Assembly: GCA_951406725.2 (NCBI GenBank) | Contig: OX597839.1 | Span: 29,140,001-29,204,000 of the forward strand | DNA length: 64,000 nucleotides | Direction of reading: 5' to 3' | Origin: Octopus vulgaris | Taxonomy: Eukaryota | In this document: positions 23,844 through 36,687 of the stretch, piece by piece | How positions within the stretch are numbered: the stretch's first letter is position 1 | Layout of the letters: every line of letters starts with the position of its first letter | Translations under genes and position numbers: made by a program | Notes under the pieces: model-generated | What the model saw: only the letters and a program-made list of their open reading frames with translations | What the model was told of the DNA's origin: nothing | The model's database searches: none

Positions 23844-24339
23844 AATATATATACCAACCCTCCATTGGTAGATAAATACAGTTTTCTTTTTAAATGTGGA
23901 TTTTGCACATAAACCTTAAGTTTCCTGCATTTGCTGTTGTAATTTTCAAATAATCCACAGAACATGGCAGAATATTTAGAGATTGTGATATGAAACGCGT
24001 GAAACCGAAGGTTATTCATAGAATCCACAAATAAAGAACACACACACACACACACACACACAATAGTTCAATCCACACAGATCAATAGTAATCTGATTTC
24101 TGGCATCAACATCATCAGTCTCGTTGTTTGACAGTTTGATCTGTTCTCTTCTCCACACCCACCCACCCTAAACCACCCACCCAACCACCACCACCACCAT
24201 CAGATCAGTGACATCCACAGTGTTGTCGTCAACATCATTATCGGTATTATTTGAAGGACACTGAAAAGAGATGCTACTCTCAATATTTCCTCTCGGTGAC
24301 AATGTGTGCTTTTGTTCTTGATGCTGTTTAGCTCCCCCA

Positions 24340-24474
24340 CCACACACGATGACAACAACACATACAAACACACACGCACACACACACGCGCACACACACA
24401 CATATAAATACACAGACACCAACACATGTAGAAGCACTAACAGAGATAAAAACACACACGCACACAGCAGTCAT

Positions 24475-24508
<34 letters not shown>

Positions 24509-24900
24509 GAACACCAACATAGACACGTAAACCAGTTTAGGCAGATGCCAATACATATACACATAGAAGTTCCAACACACACACACAACATATACACACA
24601 CATTCTAATGACAACACACATATATAAGACAAACACACACATTTACACATACAAATGACAACACACATACATAACAAAAGGCAACATACATTTACACACA
24701 CACACAATGACAACACATGCATACACACATGCAAACACACATAGAAATGACAACACACGCATACACACACACAGCAATTCATACAGACACCAATATAAAT
24801 GCACATAGAAGGACTAACACATTCACATACACACAAACAGGCAAACGCCAACACATACACATGTGTAGGAAACACACACACACATACACACACACACTCA
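24340..24900. repeat. Degenerate (CA)-rich low-complexity tract
   Basis: Interrupted CA runs with recurring ATGACAACACAC. Confidence 0.85.
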
Positions 24901-26284
24901 AACCAGGACCCTAATCAAACTAGCAGATGTGTTAACTCGTTATAAAACACTTTATTAATTTGAGATGTTTCAAATCCAATCAGATTAAATAAGATTAAAT
25001 TAGATAAGAGATTAGATTAGGCTTAGATTAGATTAGATTCCCTTCTTGTCTGGTGCCAGCTAGTGAGAACCAGTCGGAGTACTTTAAAGTCTGGTGTAAC
25101 CCACCCTACCTTGTCACCCTGTGCTTCCACAAAAAGGGTCGCCTTGTGTTGGTGACGCCAATAACAGATATAACAATCAAACCACTCTTGAATCACATCC
25201 TATTACCTTAAAAAGGGAAGGACATATTGGTTTATGTAGTTAGAAAAACAAAGGAAAAAAAAAAGGGGAGTGGGGAATGAAAAAAGAAAATAAGCCCCGA
25301 GGCACTACTACTCCTCATTGGCTAACATCCGTTTCCCATGCTGGCATGCAGTGAGCTCTAGTGTCAGCTCTGACGTGGTTTCCACAGCCGGATGGATTTC
25401 CCCGCCAAAAGTTATCAGGTTCTGGGTTCAGTCTCACTGTATGGCACCTTGGGCATGCGTTTTCTAATACAGCCTCGGGCTGACCAACTCCTTGTGAGTG
25501 GATTTGGTAGACAGAATCCAAAAAAAGCCTTTCATATGAGTGTGTGTGTGTATAAAAATTTAATATGATGGTCACTGCCGGTATGTCTTTGAGTTACCCA
25601 GGGACTACACAACTTTGGCACAAGGCAAGCAGTTTTGGGGGAGGGGCTAAGTTGATTAAATGTGCGTGTGCTTGTTCCACCACCATTGCTTGACAATGGA
25701 TGTTGGTGTGTTTATGTCCCTGTAACTTAGCACTTTGGCAAAAGAGACCAAGAGAATAAGTACCAGGCTTACAAAGAATAAGTCTTGGGGTCGATTTCTT
25801 CAACTAAAAGGTGGTGCTCCAGCATGGCTGCAACTAAACGACAAAAACAAATTTAAGAATAAAAGCGAAAGAATCTCAGAAATTCATGCGAAAAAAAAAC
25901 TATTTCCTCTGCAAAGAGGTAAATTATTAATTATCGCTATTAACGAAGATTGGTCCGACACATTCCGATGTTTAAACTCTATGAAGCTGGTCAGGGTGTT
26001 TTACATTCATGAGTTTATAAAGCAAACCCTTCCTGAAAGGAAGTTCTTTTGTTATTTTATCAGCAGAGCAAGGCAATACCTTGTCTAGTGGTCGGCTTTG
26101 CCATTGTCGTTGTTGTTGTCGTCGTAAACCAGAGCAGAAATAAACGAAGTAAACAGGGAGTGGAAGTCCTTAAAATATCTCATTCCTTTTGACCTTCTTC
26201 GTTCCAGCTGGAATTGTCAAGATAAGAGCAACAAGTGTGTCTGGGAAATGAATTGCACAGAAACAAAGAGGAGAGATTTAGCGA

Positions 26285-27229
26285 GGACAGTTGAAGGGGA
26301 GGCCAACGAAACGAAAGTCGGACAGTTGAAGGGGAGGCCAACGAAGCTAAAGTCGGACAGTTGAAGGGGAGGCCAACGAAACGAAAGTCGGACAGTTGAA
26401 GGGGAGGCCAACGAAGCTAAAGTCGGACAGTTGAAGGGGAGGCCAACGAAACGAAAGTCGGACAGTTGAAGGGGAGGCCAACGAAACGAAAGTCGGACAG
26501 TTGAAGGGGAGGCCAACGAAACGAAAGTCGGACAGTTGAAGGGGAGGCCAACGAAACGAAAGTCGGACAGTTGAAGGGGAGGCCAACGAAACGAAAGTCG
26601 GACAGTTGAAGGGGAGGCCAACGAAACGAAAGTCGGACAGTTGAAGGGGAGGCCAACGAAACGAAAGTCGGACAGTTGAAGGGGAGGCCAACGAAACGAA
26701 AGTCGGACAGTTGAAGGGGAGGCCAACGAAACGAAAGTCGGACAGTTGAAGGGGAGGCCAACGAAACGAAAGTCGGACAGTTGAAGGGGAGGCCAACGAA
26801 ACGAAAGTCGGACAGTTGAAGGGGAGGCCAACGAAACGAAAGTCGGACAGTTGAAGGGGAGGCCAACGAAACGAAAGTCGGACAGTTGAAGGGGAGGCCA
26901 ACGAAACGAAAGTCGGACAGTTGAAGGGGAGGCCAACGAAACGAAAGTCGGACAGTTGAAGGGGAGGCCAACGAAACGAAAGTCGGACAGTTGAAGGGGA
27001 GGCCAACGAAACGAAAGTCGGACAGTTGAAGGGGAGGCCAACGAAACGAAAGTCGGACAGTTGAAGGGGAGGCCAACGAAACGAAAGTCGGACAGTTGAA
27101 GGGGAGGCCAACGAAACGAAAGTCGGACAGTTGAAGGGGAGGCCAACGAAACGAAAGTCGGACAGTTGAAGGGGAGGTCAACGAAATGAAAGTCGGACAG
27201 TTGAAGGGGAGGCCAACGAAACGAAAGTC
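26285..27229. repeat. 35-bp minisatellite, 27 copies
   Basis: Unit GGACAGTTGAAGGGGAGGCCAACGAAACGAAAGTC; 945 bp = 27 x 35; only copies 2, 4 and 26 visibly deviate. Confidence 0.97.
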
Positions 27230-27392
27230 GGTTAAAATCTAATGATGGAGATTTCAATTAACATCATTTACAACAACAACAACAACAATAATATCATAAA
27301 AATAAATTTAACGAAATTACACCATATCCCAAGTCAGAGAAGTCTTAGAAAAAAATAAAACACACACCGAGGAATCACAATATATCTATCTA

Positions 27393-27443
<51 letters not shown>

Positions 27444-27514
27444 GGAGAGAGAGAGAGTTTACGAAAAAAAACAAAAGACGAAGACAGGTGGTGTACAAAA
27501 TAAACAGAAAAAGT

Positions 27515-27550
27515 CTTTTACGTTTCGAGCCTATGCTCTTCTACAGAAAG
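27515..27550 (-). ncRNA. Hammerhead-like motif with variant core, in a Penelope-like remnant
   Basis: CUUU CUGUAGA A GAGC AUAG GCUC GAAA CG UA AAAG; decayed sister copy on + at about 42271-42310. Confidence 0.45.
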
Positions 27551-27963
27551 GGACAGAGAAAAAAACAAAGAGAGAAACAAGGAGAAAAAAAAATATGTAT
27601 AGTGGCTAACAATCTATCATGGCGATATATATAACTCAGAGTTGAGTTTATATAAATCACTAAGTGAAGTTTCATGTTCCCAGTCCTCAAACATCTAGAC
27701 CAGGAAGCTTGTGTGTATGTGTGAAAGAGGAAGCTATGACATGATGAACAAGCACTCAGCTCTGAGTGCATTGTATCTTATGGCAGAAACAGCTGTAAGC
27801 TAATGAAGTTGGTTACATAATCCCTGTTTCCTTGTCCTTCTATTAATTTCCTATGATGCTTAGTACTTGCCTAAAGCTTGGCCCTGAAACATGGATATTG
27901 AGTTCTCACTACAGATTATGAGAATAATTATGCCCAAGTGAAGTCATAATATATGACACATAC

Positions 27964-28014
<51 letters not shown>

Positions 28015-28063
28015 GAATGAGAAGCAGCACTAGGCTTGTAAACATTATCAACCACACACACAT

Positions 28064-28202
28064 TGAGTAGCTTGCTTACCAACCACATAGTTCTGGGTTC
28101 AGTCCCACTGCATGACACCTTGGACGAGTGTCTTCTACTATAGCCTCAGATTGACCAAAGCCTTGTGAGTGGATTTGGTAGACGGGAACTGAAAGAAGCC
28201 AG

Positions 28203-28254
<52 letters not shown>

Positions 28255-28452
28255 GCATGTTTGTGAGTCTGTGTTTATCCACAAACAATCGCTTGACAAC
28301 CGATGCTGCTGCATTTACATCCCCGTAACTTAGCAGTTTGGCAAAAGAGACCAATAGAATAAGTAGTAGGCTTACAAAGAATAAGTCCTGGGTCGATTTG
28401 CTGACTGAAGGTGGTGCTCCAATATAGCTGCAATCAAATGACTGAAACAAGA
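28064..28452 (+). mobile_element. Family A SINE
   Basis: B-box, CORE-like block, internal (CA)n and full 3' tail. Confidence 0.85.
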
Positions 28453-28767
28453 ATATATATATATACACACACACATACAGTAATCACTTTAGCAAATTCT
28501 ATATAGAAGGAAGATATAGCTGCATCGATCTGATTTTCAATGGAATGAACAGAGAATAGGCACAGCAGAGTAGTAGCAGCAACAGTAGGAAGGGTATTGG
28601 CTGACTGCACTGTGGTAGAGTCATAACAGATAGTACCAGCACATACACATTGTTAATTTCCCTTTTAATTCACCATTATGTTCTGGTTAAGTGGTAAGGT
28701 CGATTTTATTGACAAACTCTCTCTCCTAAATTCTTGGTGTTCTGACTATGTAAGAAGTTATTAATTA

Positions 28768-29440
28768 AAGGTGGTGAGCTGGCAGAACAGTCAGCACAGC
28801 AAACAATATGTGTGGATGGGCATTTTGTTGGCCTCTGTGTTCTGAGTTCAAATTCTGCCAAGGTCAACTTTGCCTTTCATTCTTTCAGGGTTGATAAAAT
28901 AAGCATCAGTCAAGTACTGGGGTCGATGTAATTGACCTCCCCTCAAGACTAGCTGAAATTTGAAACCACGATTATCATCATCATCATCATTATTATTCTT
29001 AAGGTGGTGAGCTGGCAGAATTGTTAGCATTCTGGGAGAAATGCTCAGCAGTATTTCATCTGTTGCTATGTTCTGAGTTCAAATTCTGCCGAGGTTGACT
29101 TTGCCTTTCATCCTTTTAGGATCAATGAGATAGGTACCAGTCAAGAGCTGGGGTTGATGCAATCAGCTAGTCCCCTCCCAACAAATCTGAGGCCTTGGGC
29201 CTCCAGTAGAAAGGATTATTATTATTATTACTACTACCATTAATTAAGTGGTGAGTGAGCAGAATCGTTAGCATACTGAATGATGTATTTAGCAGCATTT
29301 TGTAAGTCTTTATGCTTTGAGTTCAAATCCCACTGAGGTCAACTTTGCCTTTCTTCCTTTTGGGGTCGACAAAATAAAGGAAGTATTCAGCTGAGCATTG
29401 AAGCCAATGCAATCAACGTATTTCAGGCCTTGTGCTTTTA
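28768..29440 (+). mobile_element. Array of 3 family B SINEs joined by (ATT/ATC)n
   Basis: Heads GGTGGTGAGCTGGCAGAA (or close variant) at about 28770, 29003 and 29247. Confidence 0.85.
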
Positions 29441-29446
29441 GCAAAA

Positions 29447-29481
<35 letters not shown>

Positions 29482-29707
29482 CACCACCACCACTACTACT
29501 ACTACTACTACCACCACCACCACTACTACTCCAGTAAAAGTAAGTATAACAATTGCACTTTTATGGCTATACTGACTCCTCCACACTTAGCTTCACCCAC
29601 CCAACCCTTTCTTCTGAGAATGTCTTGCTCGTTTGGAATTCCCTTCCAGTCCATGTCCTTCCTGCAGATGTGTTAACGAGCACACACACAAACACACACA
29701 CATCCAG

Positions 29708-29746
<39 letters not shown>

Positions 29747-31459
29747 CGCATGCACATATGTATAAACACATACAGATATATTTATATATACAAGCACACA
29801 GTATGTGTAGGGACATTAAGTCTGTAACAAGTGGTAAAAACAATACACAAATGAAACAACAGCAACCAAACAAACAAACAAAAAGGAAAAAAAAAAGAAG
29901 CAAATAACAATCTCATTATTTTGCGATATTATCTTTTGATGGAATACACTAAAAAAGGAGAATCTATAATACAGCTCCATTAGCAGCACGATATTAATTA
30001 TTTCATCATCATCATCATCACCATCGTCATGTTATTTCCTTGCTAATCACTTTGATATTGGCGTCAGATGTAGGAGTGATAGTAAGAGTGGTAAGAGCAG
30101 TTCGGAACTGAACCATCCATGCTTTCCCCTCTCTTGCTTGCTCTGACAGGAATTTCTGCAGCATAGGAACCATAGGGGTCGGAAACCCTGAACTGAATTT
30201 CAAGTGGATGAAAAATAAAAGTGTTCTTCACTTTATTTCTCCCACAACTGAATGCTGGACTTGGTCCCAGAAAACCAACAAACAACTGTCAATGCTGGGG
30301 TTCTCAAGCATTTTTTTTTTGCCAGTGTACCCCTAAATCATTGTCAAGTAGGGTTGGCATTCTCCATGTGAAGAATATAGTGTAAAATAAACTGAAACTA
30401 ATATAAAATAGACATACCATCATCATTTAATGTCTGCTTTCCATGCTGGCATGGGTTGGATGGTTCGACAGAAGCTGGCAAGGCTGGGAGCTGTACCAGG
30501 CTTCCATTGTCTGTTTTGGCAAGGTTTCTACAGCTGGATGTTATTCTTATATACTCTTCGGTCATGAATGACCATGGGCTTGCACCTATGAAGATCCCCC
30601 TCCAAGGCACAAGTCTGGGCAAGGTTGTTTATAGAAGACCAGCAGTCGCCCATGCATACCAACCTCTCCTCTCGATGCCACAGATTTTATCCAAGAAAAA
30701 GGCAACGGTCAGTATGGCTTGACACTGCAACTCATTTCTACAGCTGAGTAAACTGGAGCAATGTGAAATAAAGTGTCTTGCTCAAGAACACAACACATAA
30801 CCTGGTCCAGGAATCGAACTCGCAACCTCATAATTGTGAGTCTGATGCTCTAACCACTGAGTGTACTGGTTGCTTTTTACGTGGCACCAGCACATAATAT
30901 ATTAGTTGTTATTAATTTAATTGGTTTCAAATTTTGGCACAAGGCCAGCAATTTCGGGAGAGGGGCTAAGTCAGTTACATCAACCCCAGTGTTCAACTGG
31001 TACTTATTTTATCGACCCTGTAAGAATGAAAGGCAAAACTGATCTCGGCAGAATTTGAACTCAGAACGTAAAGATGGATGAAATGCTGCTAAGCATTGTA
31101 CTTGGCATGCTAACGATTCTAGCAGCATGCGGTCGTTTGTTACTAATTTAATTAAAATATGGCCGTGGGCTGGTAGGGTTGTTAGCATGTTGGACAAAAT
31201 GCACAGCGGAAGCTCTTCTGGCTTTTATGTTCTGAGTTCAAATTCCGCTGTGGTCAATGTCAAGAGATCTTTCGTCCACTTGTCTTTGCAACCTGACTCT
31301 TTTGGTCATTAACCAACATTCACGACCATTGGTGAAATTATATTCATTTAAATTAATGTTAAGATTGTTAACGAGATGGAGGAATATGGCTTTTTCTATC
31401 AACCACCTCAATTCAAGACACAGTGACAGACAGACAGACTTGCCCACAATAGCAATCTC

Positions 31460-31815
31460 AATAGTAGTAGTAGCAGAAGTAGTAATGGTGGTGGTGGTGA
31501 TGGTAGTAGTAGTAGTAGTAATAGTAATGGTGGTAGTAGTAGTAGTGTGGTGGTAGAAGCAATTGTAGTAGTATTAGTAGTAATGATAGTGACGATTGTA
31601 GTAGTAATAGAAATGGTGGTGGTAGTTGTAGTAATAGTAGTAATGGTAGTGGTGGTGGTAGTATTAGAAGTACTAATAGCACAGAAGTAGTAGGGGGGCT
31701 GGTGGCAGAAACAGTAGTTCTACCAGCAACAGTGGTAATGATAGTAATAGCAGTAGTCGTAGTAGTAGTAGTAGTGGTGGTGGTGGTGATAGTAGCAGCA
31801 GCAGCAGTAGTAGTA
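31460..31815. repeat. (GTA/GTG)n trinucleotide tract
   Basis: Direct reading; comparable tracts at 29447-29531, 49215-49440 and 51060-51250. Confidence 0.9.
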
Positions 31816-32609
31816 ATTTACAGTAACTTACAGACACTAATTGTCTCAGCTAATATATATTATTCTTCAATTCCCCATTCGTCCACCCCTGCCCCCACCC
31901 TCCACCCCTGCCCCCTCCCTCCACCCCTGCCCCCTCCCTCAACCCCCCCCCCCCATTACACCAATATACATTGTAACATTTTACCGATATCCTGCACAGA
32001 ACCACATTACATACCTGCCTGCCTGGCTGGCTGGCTGCATGTTGGTTGAAACAGAAATTCTTGCAGGGAAATTTCATGGCATCTTATTTTGGTTCGATGC
32101 TACTTAACCAGATTATATAAATCACACACACACACACACACTCTCTCTCTCTCTCTCTCTCTCTCCCCTTCAAGGTCCCTTTCCACTAATTCTATTTGTT
32201 CTTCCATTTTTTTTTTCTGTACAGAAAATGGCAGTTGTAAACATCATCATCACCATCAAGATCCACTTTCCCAAGCTTGCACGGGTCTTCTACTATAGCC
32301 TTGGGTCAAACAAAGCCTTGCGACTGGATTTGGTAAATGGAAACTAAAAGAAGCCCATCATGCAGATGTGGCTGTGTGGCAAGAGGCTTGCTTCCCAACC
32401 ACATGGTTCCTGGTTCAGTCCCACTGCCTGGCACCTTGGGCGAGTGTCTTCTACTATTGCCTTGGGCCAACCAAAGCCTTGTGAGTGGATTTGGTAGATG
32501 GAAATTGAAAGAAGCCCATCATATATATATATATGACAGGCTTCTTTTAGCTTCCATCTACCAATATACATATATATATATATATATACACACAACGTAT
32601 GTGTGTCTG

Positions 32610-32643
<34 letters not shown>

Positions 32644-32787
32644 ATGTATGTGTGTCTGTGTTTGTCCCCACCTTCACTGCTTGACAAGTGGTGTTGGTGT
32701 ATTTATGACCCTGTAACTTAGCAGTTCGGCAAAAGAGATGGATAGAATATGTACCAGGCTTTAAGAAATAAAGTACTGAGGTCGATT

Positions 32788-32862
<75 letters not shown>

Positions 32863-33216
32863 ACAGAAAAGAAATGGAGCAACAATTAACAATTAGACAT
32901 TGATCACTGATATTAAATGGTCATAGTTTAATTATTGTTAAAAATAACATTTGCAGCTGTTTCAGCTTTGGTGGAATTTGAACTCAGAACTTAAAGATAG
33001 ACAAAATGCTGCTAAGCATTTTGGCCAGTGTGCCAATGATTCTGCTAGTTCAACGCTTTCAACTGACTAATAATAAAAGAAGTGAAACATAACCAGTGTC
33101 TGTGTATGTGGGTTTATTATTGGCATAATGACCCACCCAATATACAATAAAATCCGCTTCAACACAAGTTCACATCAAGAATCTTGCAAACCAAATACAG
33201 AACCTGAACACTTTAA

Positions 33217-33434
33217 CACTAGCATTTAAACCAGTCAAATCTGAACTGAATATTTTACCTGCTTTATGCACAAATTGGCCAGATCATGCCCCTCACACCT
33301 ACCCTTCAATGTAATTTTAAAAATAAACAATCCCATCATCGAAATCTCAAAGCTATGAGGCAATGCTGGATGAATTCAAAATGACATGGGCAAATAAGCA
33401 TTAGATTTGTCAGAGTAATTCGAATGCTAATGGG
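33217..33434. mobile_element. TTAA-type MITE, same family as 17611, opposite orientation
   Basis: TTAA|CACTAGCATTT ... GAATGCTAATGGG|TTAA. Confidence 0.8.
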
Positions 33435-33750
33435 TTAATGTCGATGATATATATATATACATATACTAAAAATATTATATCTGTTTTATGTTCAAACTGG
33501 CTTCATCTGGCCTCTCACACTTACCCTACAATGTCATTCTAAAAATAAGCAATCACATCATTGAAATCTCAAAGAAGCAATGCACGATTTAATTCAAAAC
33601 AAAGTGAATAAATAACTATTACATTCGACAGGAATCTGACTGCTAAACGGTTGAACGGTTTATCCTTCAATCACTCGATCCATTTGTCTATGATTACATA
33701 ACTACTCTTTTTGCCTTTGGATTATTCCCACAGATCTGTAAACACTAAAC

Positions 33751-34296
33751 CTGTGGTTCTCAACCCCTTTATTTAAATGAGTTTTTCTGGGCACGTGCCA
33801 TCAGTAATTACTCAGGGCAGGCAGTTGGTGACCTTTATGTAATAAAAAACACCAAAAAATAAGCGAAACACAGATGCATGACTGAGTTGGAGGCAGATTT
33901 ACTTCTGCCTCTATAGCACATAAAGAAAACTTTGTTGTAGGAATGTACGCAGCATGTGTGCTACAGCAGTTCTATACGTAGCTTAAATACTGAGATTGAA
34001 AGGTAGGGGTGAATTATGCCTACATAATCTAGAAAAAAAATATATTTTGCATTTTATGCATAGTAATCAGTGTAACCTTCATAATTTTATTGAATTAGGT
34101 GCATATTTTGCCATAAAAGGAAAATGTTACTATCGATCTATTTTATTCAGAGTAGGCACTGCCTACCCAGGTGACACATCTGAGTTTCCCATGGACCTTT
34201 TTTAATATGCTTATCCTTGTGTGTGTGTGTGTGTGTGATTTTGAATTTAGTTTACGGACCACCAGGGGTCTGCAGATCTCAGGTTGGGAACCACTG
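33751..34296. mobile_element. hAT (Charlie-like) MITE
   Basis: TIRs CTGTGGTTCTCAACC / GGTTGGGAACCACTG; 8-bp TSD CACTAAAC / CCCTAAAC with central TA. Confidence 0.75.
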
Positions 34297-36265
34297 CCCT
34301 AAACAAACACAGACACACTCACAGAACAGACAAACTGTGCATGTGGGCTGTTCTAAGGTTTCTCTTTTAATCAATATAAACAATAAAAAAACAGGCTATG
34401 GTGACCTTGACCGTGGCAGTCTATATTGATTGTATTCATATTTTGTCTGTGATGTATTTTATATTCACTAAAATAAATAAGAAAGAAAGGAAGCCATATC
34501 AATTTCGAAACATTTAAATAAAATATTTCCTAATGTTTCTTCAATAATTAAAATCCAGTGGAAATTGGATATGAAACCCCCACACACAACCTGCATCCTG
34601 ACACTCTACAACAAACTCTGCTTTTATACTTAACCCTTTTAATAACACACTCATAGTCATTACTCCCACCCATCACCAATTCATGTTCCATTTTTTTCTG
34701 CTGGAATGGGTTAGAAGGTTCAACAGGATCCAAAGCAATGGAAAAACCACATCTAGCTCTAATGTCTCATTTTGGGCATGGGGTTGTACACCTGGGTGCC
34801 CTTCCTAGCATCAACACTACAGAGGTTTCCTTGCCATCCTCAAGACTGAAGAGTGCTCTCAAGCCCTGCACTGTTGTTTCTCAAATTGGTTATCAACCAC
34901 TTATACAGTGTACTAGGTACTTTTTGTAGTAGTACCAGCACTGAGGTTGCCTTGTAGCTCTAGCACTGAAAATGTAAGAAAGTCCATATCTAAAAATAAC
35001 TGAGGAAGATTTTGTGTAAGACAGATTTCATTTTTAACTGTTGCACAAGTGTCTGAAATGTGCATATTAAATGCATTCAAAATATCAATACTTGGCTTCA
35101 CTTCATTTCATGCATTATATGCCTATGTCCTGTACAAGCTGGTCAGTCCTAAATACATTCACTGCTGAATAGATTGCAAAAGTTCATATTTTAAAAATAC
35201 CCTAGTACATGACTGGTATTATATTTCATTCACCCTCCCATTGAAGGATGAAAAGCAGAACAGCAAAGCTGACCATGGCAGGAATTGAACACAGAATGTT
35301 AAGGACCGGAACTAGAGATTTAAAGAAATTTTGTCCGACACATTAAAAGTTTCTTCTAATCCACTGCAATTCAAATTTGATATATTTTATTTAGATAAGC
35401 GCGTCATATAATCCGACTGCCTAACGGTAGACAACAATGCCATAACAGTTGGCTAACGTTAGATTAGATTTTGAAATTGAAGAAGTAAATCTCTAAAGAT
35501 TCTGGTTATCTGACTAAATTCTTTGCAAGTCTCAGGTTTTGTCAGTTCTTCGTTTTAAATTGCAAAGAGATCACACAGAGAAGATTTTATCTTCAGTTGA
35601 CAGCAATATGACTCAAAGAAATCTCTCCAAGAATTATCAAGTATTAACAATAATGATAACTGTTTCAAGATGGAGCTGGCTGAAACTATAATCTTTTATG
35701 TTACACAACTGTATGAATGAATGGATGTGCCACATAAAAAAATGAAGCCTACCCCACTGGCTTCAGTGGTCAGAATTCCAATTCTTTGACTAATGGAACT
35801 GCCAGCCTATAGAATTGTTATGTGGGTGACAGAGTACTTTGCAGACTCTTGTACACCTTCAGCTAATTCTCAGGTAGATGTAACAGTTATAGGAAATTTT
35901 GTTGTAAATAATTTTGCCACACGAGAAGATGCCATTAAAAATTTCGTTTTAAATGACCTCATCAGGCTTTTCAAATGTTTGATATTGGAAAAGGCAGTGA
36001 GCGGGCAGATTCATTGCATGCTGGGAGGAGAAATGCTGAGTGGTATTTCATCCTTCGTTACATGCGGATCTCAAATTCCACTGAGGTCAACTTCATTTTT
36101 CATCCTTTTAGGGGTTAATAAAATAAGTACCAGTGAAACACGGATGGGGGAGGGGGGATGTAATTGACGTACCCCTCCCACAAAATGGCTGGCCTTGTGC
36201 TAAAATTTGAAACCAGATGTTGAATAAAGATGTAACTATTTAATGCTTTTATAAAAACTTTTATA

Positions 36266-36687
36266 AGGCGCAGGAGTGGCTGTGTGGTAAGTAGCTTGCT
36301 TATTAACTACATGGTTCCAGGTTCAGTCCCACTGCGTGGCACCTTGGGCAAGTATCTTCTACTATAGCCTTGGGCCGACCGAAGCCTTGTGAGTGGATCT
36401 GGTAGATGGAAATTGAAAAAAGCCTGTTGTATATATGTATATATATATATATGTATGTGTGTGTGTTTGTGTGTCTGTGTGTGTCCCCCTAGCATTGCTT
36501 GACAACCGATGGTAGTGTGTTTACATCCCCGTAACTTAGCGGTTCAGCAAAAGAGACCGATAGAATAAGTACTAGGCTTCCAAAGAGTAAGTCCTGGGGT
36601 CGATTTGCTCGACTAAAGGTGGTGCTCCAGCATGGCCACAGTCAAATGACTGAAACAAGTAAAAGAGTAAAGTGAATAAAAGAGTAA
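36266..36687 (+). mobile_element. Full-length family A tRNA/CORE-like SINE
   Basis: AGGCGCAGGAGTGGCTGTGTGG (A-box), GGTTCAGTCCC (B-box), ACCTTGGGCAAGT, internal microsatellite, tail (AAAAGAGT)n. Confidence 0.9.

Noticed and set aside
23300-24061. 253-aa minus ORF
   Set aside because: Starts in (GT)n and runs through two nested SINEs.
26285-26330. 35-bp unit as a hammerhead (contains GAAAC-GAAA-GTC)
   Set aside because: The 5' box reads UUGAAGG instead of CUGANGA, and neither stem I nor a convincing stem II can form.
26285-27229. CRISPR array
   Set aside because: Units are contiguous and identical with no unique spacers; there are no cas genes, and the context is a eukaryotic intron.
26217-27257. 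346-aa and 254-aa ORFs as real proteins
   Set aside because: They follow automatically from a 35-bp unit lacking minus-strand stops; all frames give the same permuted peptide and no exon structure supports them.
29601-29661. Mini exon MDWKGIPNEQDILRRKGW with a GTGGGT donor
   Set aside because: Phase-compatible but very short, with no pyrimidine tract; it cannot be told apart from chance.
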